Of a stretch of 64,000 nt of DNA, positions 59,313-64,000 are shown piece after piece. The DNA is taken from NCBI GenBank assembly GCA_944391065.1, contig CALXSH010000001.1, positions 27,725 to 91,724 of the forward strand, read 5' to 3'. Source of the DNA: an uncultured Kiritimatiellota bacterium. Lineage in GTDB: Bacteria > Verrucomicrobiota > Kiritimatiellia > RFP12 > DVOR01. Made by a program: the position numbers and the translations under genes. Position 1 is the stretch's first letter; every line of letters starts with the position of its first letter. The notes beneath the pieces were generated by a model. The model saw only the letters and a program-made list of their open reading frames with translations, had not been told where the DNA came from and made no database searches.

Positions 59313-60230
59313 TTACCAGAGCTTGTGGGGATAGACGCCGTCGGCGATCATCTTGGAGACTGCCTCGACGACGATCGGCTTGTCCTGCTTGTAGGTCACG
59401 CCGAACCACGTGCTGTTGGTCGGGAGGACATCCACCGTCGCCTCGCCCGCCTTCACGAGTTCGTCGACGTAGAAAGGAATGTACCACTCGGCCTTCAGCT
59501 GACCCTCGTGCTCCTTGAACCATGCGGCAAAACGCTCCTCCATTCCGTCAAAGAGGGCGGGCGTGAAGCCCCAGAGATTCAGGGAAACGCGGTTCTCGCC
59601 CTTCAGCGGCACCGGATTGGCCGGATCTTCCTCATTCTGGATCGAGCCGTCGGGCTTGCGGATGATCTTGGTCATCTCGACCACGTCGGTCAGCTTGCCC
59701 TCGGGAGAAACGGTGCAGATGCCGCGTGCGACGGAGCCGTTGTCCGAGAGCGTCTGATCCAGACGGTACCCGACCATCGCAAAGCGCTTCGGACGGGCGG
59801 CCGTATCGACGGCGGTGAGGAACTTCGCCAGTTGTACGAACGCATCGGCGCCGTAGAAATCGTCGGCATTGATGGCCGCGAAGGGGGTCTTGATGATGCT
59901 GCGCGCGGAGCGGATGGCGTGCGCGGTGCCCCAGGGCTTCTCGCGCTCCGCCGGCTTCACGCAGCCCGGAGGCAAATCGTCAAAATCCTGATAGGCCAGC
60001 TGAATGTCGACCTTGCCTTCATACTTCGGCACGATCTGCTCTTTGAAAGCCTGCTCGAAATCCTTGCGGATGATGAAGACGACCTTGTCGAATCCCGCGC
60101 GGATGGCGTCGTAGATCGAATAGTCCATGATGGTTTCGCCGCAGGGCCCGACCGGGTCAATCTGCTTGAGACCGCCGTAACGGCTGCCCATACCGGCGGC
60201 CAGAATGAGAAGCGTAGGTTTGTCGCTCAT
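59313..60230 (-). CDS. Sugar-phosphate nucleotidyltransferase family protein
   Basis: N-terminal LILAAGMGSRYGGLKQ (GxGxRxxxxxK nucleotide-binding signature); 305 aa. Confidence 0.55.
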   Translation of the reverse strand: MSDKPTLLILAAGMGSRYGGLKQIDPVGPCGETIMDYSIYDAIRAGFDKVVFIIRKDFEQAFKEQIVPKYEGKVDIQLAYQDFDDLPPGCVKPAEREKPWGTAHAIRSARSIIKTPFAAINADDFYGADAFVQLAKFLTAVDTAARPKRFAMVGYRLDQTLSDNGSVARGICTVSPEGKLTDVVEMTKIIRKPDGSIQNEEDPANPVPLKGENRVSLNLWGFTPALFDGMEERFAAWFKEHEGQLKAEWYIPFYVDELVKAGEATVDVLPTNSTWFGVTYKQDKPIVVEAVSKMIADGVYPHKLW

Positions 60231-60341
60231 GCTGTCAGCACTCCTTGAGTATTATTGGATGAATCCGAGCCCCTGTCGCGGTGTCGGAGATGATTGGAAG
60301 TATAGCGCACCCCACCGCGGAATACAATACGGAAGTCTCCG

Positions 60342-61796
60342 CTAGCCCTGCACCACGGAGGTCACGGAGCCCTCGGCGAGGCGTGTGGTGAGGAGATCGC
60401 CCGGGGCGACCCGGGCGGCATCGGTGACGGTGCGTCCGGCGGCGTCGGTCGTGAGGGAGTAGCCCCGGCGGAGCACGGCGTAGGGATTCAGCGCTTCCAG
60501 ACGGGCGGAGAGGCTTTGCGCGGCCGAGGCGGCGGCCTCGCTCCGGCGGAGCAGCGCCTGCAGCATGCGCGGTTCGGCGTGGGGCAGCGCGGCCTTTTCG
60601 GCTTCGAGGCGGCGGCGCACCGCCGTCTCCATCCGCGCCAGCGTCCGGTCCAGCGCGCGCGCGGCTTCGGGGAGGACCGAGCCGCGGAGGCGCTCAAAGG
60701 CCAGCGTGAGCTCCTGCTGGCTGCGGCGGCAGCGCTGCAGGGCCCGTTCGCAGCAGGTCTCGGCCCGGAGCGCGGCACCCTCGGTGCGCTGGAAGAGGCC
60801 TTCGAGGATCCGCTCCGGGTCGCGGAGCAGCGGCACGGCCTCCGCGCCGCGGACTTTCTCGCGCGCGGCAATGAAGGCGGTCCGCATTGCGCCCATCAGG
60901 GCATCGCGGGCATGGGTGACCGATTTGACGAGCTCGTCGCGGTTGGCGCAGATGAGTTCGGCCGCGGCCGACGGGGTGGGGGCCCGCAGGTCGGCGACGA
61001 AGTCGGTCATGGCGATGTCGGGTTCGTGCCCCACGGCGGAGATGACGGGGATGGCCGATTCGGCGACGGCCCGGGCGACAACCTCCTCGCTGAAGCACCA
61101 GAGCTCCTCATAGGAGCCGCCTCCGCGGCCGACGATCATCGCGTCGAGCGGTTCCGCCGAGCCCGGGCCGAAGCGGCGGTTGAGCAGGCGGACGGCCGCG
61201 GCGATTTCCTCGGCGGCGCCGGTGCCTTGGACGCGGCAGTTGGCCACGAGAATGTGGAGATTGGGGAAGCGGCGCCCGAGGATGCTGAGAATGTCGCGCA
61301 CGGCCGCGCCGGTCGCGGCCGTGACGACGCCGATGCGCCGCGGCAGCACGGGAATCGGCCGTTTGCGCGCAGGGTCGGTCAGCCCCTCGGCAATGAGCTT
61401 CTGCCGGAGCTTTTCGAAGCGGATCAGCAGGTCGCCCAGCCCGCCGCAGGGCTCGACGCGTTCGGCCACAAGGTGGTAGGAGCCCGAGGCCGCATAGACC
61501 GAAATCCGTCCCGTGACCCGGACGCGGTCGCCGTTGCGGAAGGCTCGGAAGTCCTTCTGGGCCTCGCGGCGGAAGCGGAAGAAGGCGACATTGAGCTTGG
61601 CCGATTCGTCCCCGAGGGTGAAGTAGAGGTGCCCGGAGGCATTGGGGGGGCGGCAGTTGGTGACGTCGCCCTCGACGGTCATGGCCGCCATGTCCTCAAG
61701 GCGCACTTTGATGCGGTAGGTCGCCTCGCTGACGCTGATCGCTTCACGCGCCCCGTGGGAGCGCATGGAGGGAAAGAGGGCGTCGTCCCGGTCCAT
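60342..61796 (-). CDS. xseA: Exodeoxyribonuclease VII large subunit
   Basis: N-terminal OB-fold (HLYFTLGDESAKLNVAFF) and the central catalytic domain. Confidence 0.85.
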   Translation of the reverse strand: MDRDDALFPSMRSHGAREAISVSEATYRIKVRLEDMAAMTVEGDVTNCRPPNASGHLYFTLGDESAKLNVAFFRFRREAQKDFRAFRNGDRVRVTGRISVYAASGSYHLVAERVEPCGGLGDLLIRFEKLRQKLIAEGLTDPARKRPIPVLPRRIGVVTAATGAAVRDILSILGRRFPNLHILVANCRVQGTGAAEEIAAAVRLLNRRFGPGSAEPLDAMIVGRGGGSYEELWCFSEEVVARAVAESAIPVISAVGHEPDIAMTDFVADLRAPTPSAAAELICANRDELVKSVTHARDALMGAMRTAFIAAREKVRGAEAVPLLRDPERILEGLFQRTEGAALRAETCCERALQRCRRSQQELTLAFERLRGSVLPEAARALDRTLARMETAVRRRLEAEKAALPHAEPRMLQALLRRSEAAASAAQSLSARLEALNPYAVLRRGYSLTTDAAGRTVTDAARVAPGDLLTTRLAEGSVTSVVQG

Positions 61797-61799
61797 GCT

Positions 61800-62768
61800 T
61801 TAGGCCTTTTCGGTTGTTTTGGCCTGTGTCCTGCGGACCTCGGCGTCGCGGGCGATGGCCGTGCGGGCCGTCGCGGTGGCCCCTTCGGCCTCGGCGGCGC
61901 TGCCTTCGACGCCGGCGAACTTGATTCGGTCCGCGGCCCCGAGAAACGCGCTCAGCACGGCGCGGCGTTCTTCGTCAAAGCCTGGGTCTGCCGCGAGGCC
62001 GGCGAGAAACTCCGGTGTCGTCTGACGTGTGGCGCGCAGATTGTGGCTGCGCTCGAAATAGCGGCGCACGACGCCCGTGAGCTCGGTGTAAAAGCGGTTG
62101 AAGGCCCCCTGCGCGATGAGACCCTGACCCAGCAGGCGGTCCAGCTCGAGCCGGGCGCGTTCTTCGGGCGGCAGGGTGCGTTCGTGCAACGCGCGGACGC
62201 CGCGGCGGAGCAGCGGCAGGAGCAGGAGGATCAGGATGACGCCCGTCAGCGCGGGCACCGTCCAGATGAGCATCGTCTGCCACCCGGGCGCAATCCAGAC
62301 GGGCTTGGGTTCGCCCTCGGGCTCTCCTGCGGCCGCGGGCAGCGGTTCGGGTTCGGGGAAGCGCATCGGCTGCGTGGCAAAGGCCTTCTCGGCGCCGGTC
62401 TGCCGATCGCGGACGCGGATGACGAAGGGCCTGAGCTTCCACGGCCCCTCGGCTTCGGGAGCGAAGCGGAAGCGCCAGGTCTTGGCGACCCGGCCGCCGG
62501 CTTCCTCGGCGGCCTCGGCGAATTCCTCGACGGTGGCAAAGCCCGTCAGGCGGGTGCGGATGTCGGGGAGTTCGGCCTCGGTGCCCTCAGGGGTGACGAC
62601 GCGGACGGAGGCCTCCAGCGGCCTGCCGTAGGCGAGGCGGTCGGCCTCGGAGGAAAAGACGGCCGAGCAGTCCGGCGCATCCAGCAGCGTGGCCTCAAAC
62701 GCACGGAGCGGCACGGCTCCGAAGAGAAGTGCCGCTCCGACAAGCAGGATGGGCGTCCGTCCCGTCAT
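61800..62768 (-). CDS. Membrane protein with signal peptide and one internal TM helix (BatD/DUF4381-like architecture)
   Basis: 322 aa; signal peptide; TM helix (TMLIWTVPALTGVILILLLLPLL); Ala/Glu-rich tail; no firm family. Confidence 0.35.
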   Translation of the reverse strand: MTGRTPILLVGAALLFGAVPLRAFEATLLDAPDCSAVFSSEADRLAYGRPLEASVRVVTPEGTEAELPDIRTRLTGFATVEEFAEAAEEAGGRVAKTWRFRFAPEAEGPWKLRPFVIRVRDRQTGAEKAFATQPMRFPEPEPLPAAAGEPEGEPKPVWIAPGWQTMLIWTVPALTGVILILLLLPLLRRGVRALHERTLPPEERARLELDRLLGQGLIAQGAFNRFYTELTGVVRRYFERSHNLRATRQTTPEFLAGLAADPGFDEERRAVLSAFLGAADRIKFAGVEGSAAEAEGATATARTAIARDAEVRRTQAKTTEKA

Positions 62769-63334
62769 GCGATCCCCAGGGCGCGCTTGGTTTTGGCCTC
62801 CAGCTTGTCAAGCTTGGCGGCGATTTTCGTCCGGTCGAGGACGTAGTCGATGAAGAGACGCCCGTCGAGGTGGTCGAGTTCGTGCTGGACGGCGCGGGCC
62901 AGCAGACCGTAGGCCGTGTAGGTGTGGCGCTGCGAATCGGGCCCGGTGAAGGTGAAGGTCACCTTGTTGGCCCGCGTCACGGGGGAGGGGATGGAGGGGA
63001 AGGAGAGGCAGCCCTCGTTGTCGGTCTGCGTCCCCTCGCTCTCGAGGATCATGGGGTTGAACATGATCAGCGGCATGGGAATCGCCGCATTGGCCTCGGC
63101 ATACTCTTCTTTTTCGGCATCCTCGGGCACGTCGATCACGCAGAGCCGTTCGGTGCGGCCGACCTGCGGTGCGGCCAGCCCGACGCCGTTGGAGTGGTAC
63201 ATCGTGTCAACCATGTCGCAGGCCACCTCGATGAGCTCCGGCGTGATCACGGGGACGGCCGTGCACACGGAGCGCAGAACGGGGTCTCCCCATTTGTGCA
63301 GCGGCAGGATGTGAATCGCGTCGTCAGACTCCAT
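62765..63334 (-). CDS. def: Peptide deformylase
   Basis: Motifs GVGLAAPQVG, EGCLSFP, HELDHLDG; start at the internal Met (MESDDAIHILPL) just downstream of the serS stop; track ORF extends to 63427 from a GTG. My coordinate check of line 63301 was off by one, so the start may be 1 nt off. Confidence 0.8.
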   Translation of the reverse strand: MESDDAIHILPLHKWGDPVLRSVCTAVPVITPELIEVACDMVDTMYHSNGVGLAAPQVGRTERLCVIDVPEDAEKEEYAEANAAIPMPLIMFNPMILESEGTQTDNEGCLSFPSIPSPVTRANKVTFTFTGPDSQRHTYTAYGLLARAVQHELDHLDGRLFIDYVLDRTKIAAKLDKLEAKTKRALGIA

Positions 63335-63342
63335 GGCGGACC

Positions 63343-64000
<658 letters not shown>

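Overview
This is a high-GC (about 65-70 %) bacterial chromosomal segment. Its core (about 19.5-36.7 kb, + strand) is one long ribosomal-protein superoperon, which I read as: promoter, fusA, rpsJ-rplC-rplD-rplW-rplB-rpsS-rplV-rpsC-rplP-rpmC-rpsQ, rplN-rplX-rplE-rpsN(Zn type)-rpsH-rplF-rplR-rpsE-rplO, hairpin, secY-adk-map-rpmJ-rpsM-rpsK-rpsD-rpoA-rplQ, terminator. The cluster has no L30 (rpmD), infA or tuf, and no rpsL/rpsG upstream of fusA. Together with a very large transmembrane Ser/Thr kinase and a Tat-exported GH109-like enzyme, this suggests a PVC-superphylum (Verrucomicrobia/Kiritimatiellia/Lentisphaeria-like) organism; this is an inference, not a database hit.

Upstream (1-19 kb) the window holds:
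- leuA plus an orphan class I fumarase beta-type gene;
- a translationally coupled minus-strand operon: RsmC/RlmG-like methyltransferase, a NUDIX-BirA fusion, an LRR lipoprotein and a U32/RlhA-like protein;
- an outer-membrane beta-barrel candidate;
- feoAB;
- an amidase, ruvC, a membrane-anchored non-specific endonuclease and an HD hydrolase;
- a secreted beta-helix protein;
- rfbBC.

Downstream (36.7-64 kb) it holds:
- a Y-family polymerase/YolD cassette;
- pyrC;
- a coiled-coil membrane protein;
- tRNA-Lys(UUU);
- a TatD-like hydrolase;
- a 1001-aa Ser/Thr kinase;
- a PyrK-like reductase next to a UbiA-family prenyltransferase;
- dnaK-groES-groEL;
- a sugar locus (GH109-like, sugar kinase, MFS);
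- two tandem CNNM/CorC genes;
- a nucleotidyltransferase, xseA, a membrane protein, def and the 3-prime part of serS.

The most unusual non-coding feature is a 23-bp-periodic array of perfect palindromes (ACCCTATAGGGT) in the 640-bp rfbC-fusA intergenic region. There is no CRISPR array and no obvious mobile element. Many long alternative-frame ORFs in the track are GC-bias artefacts antisense to conserved genes.
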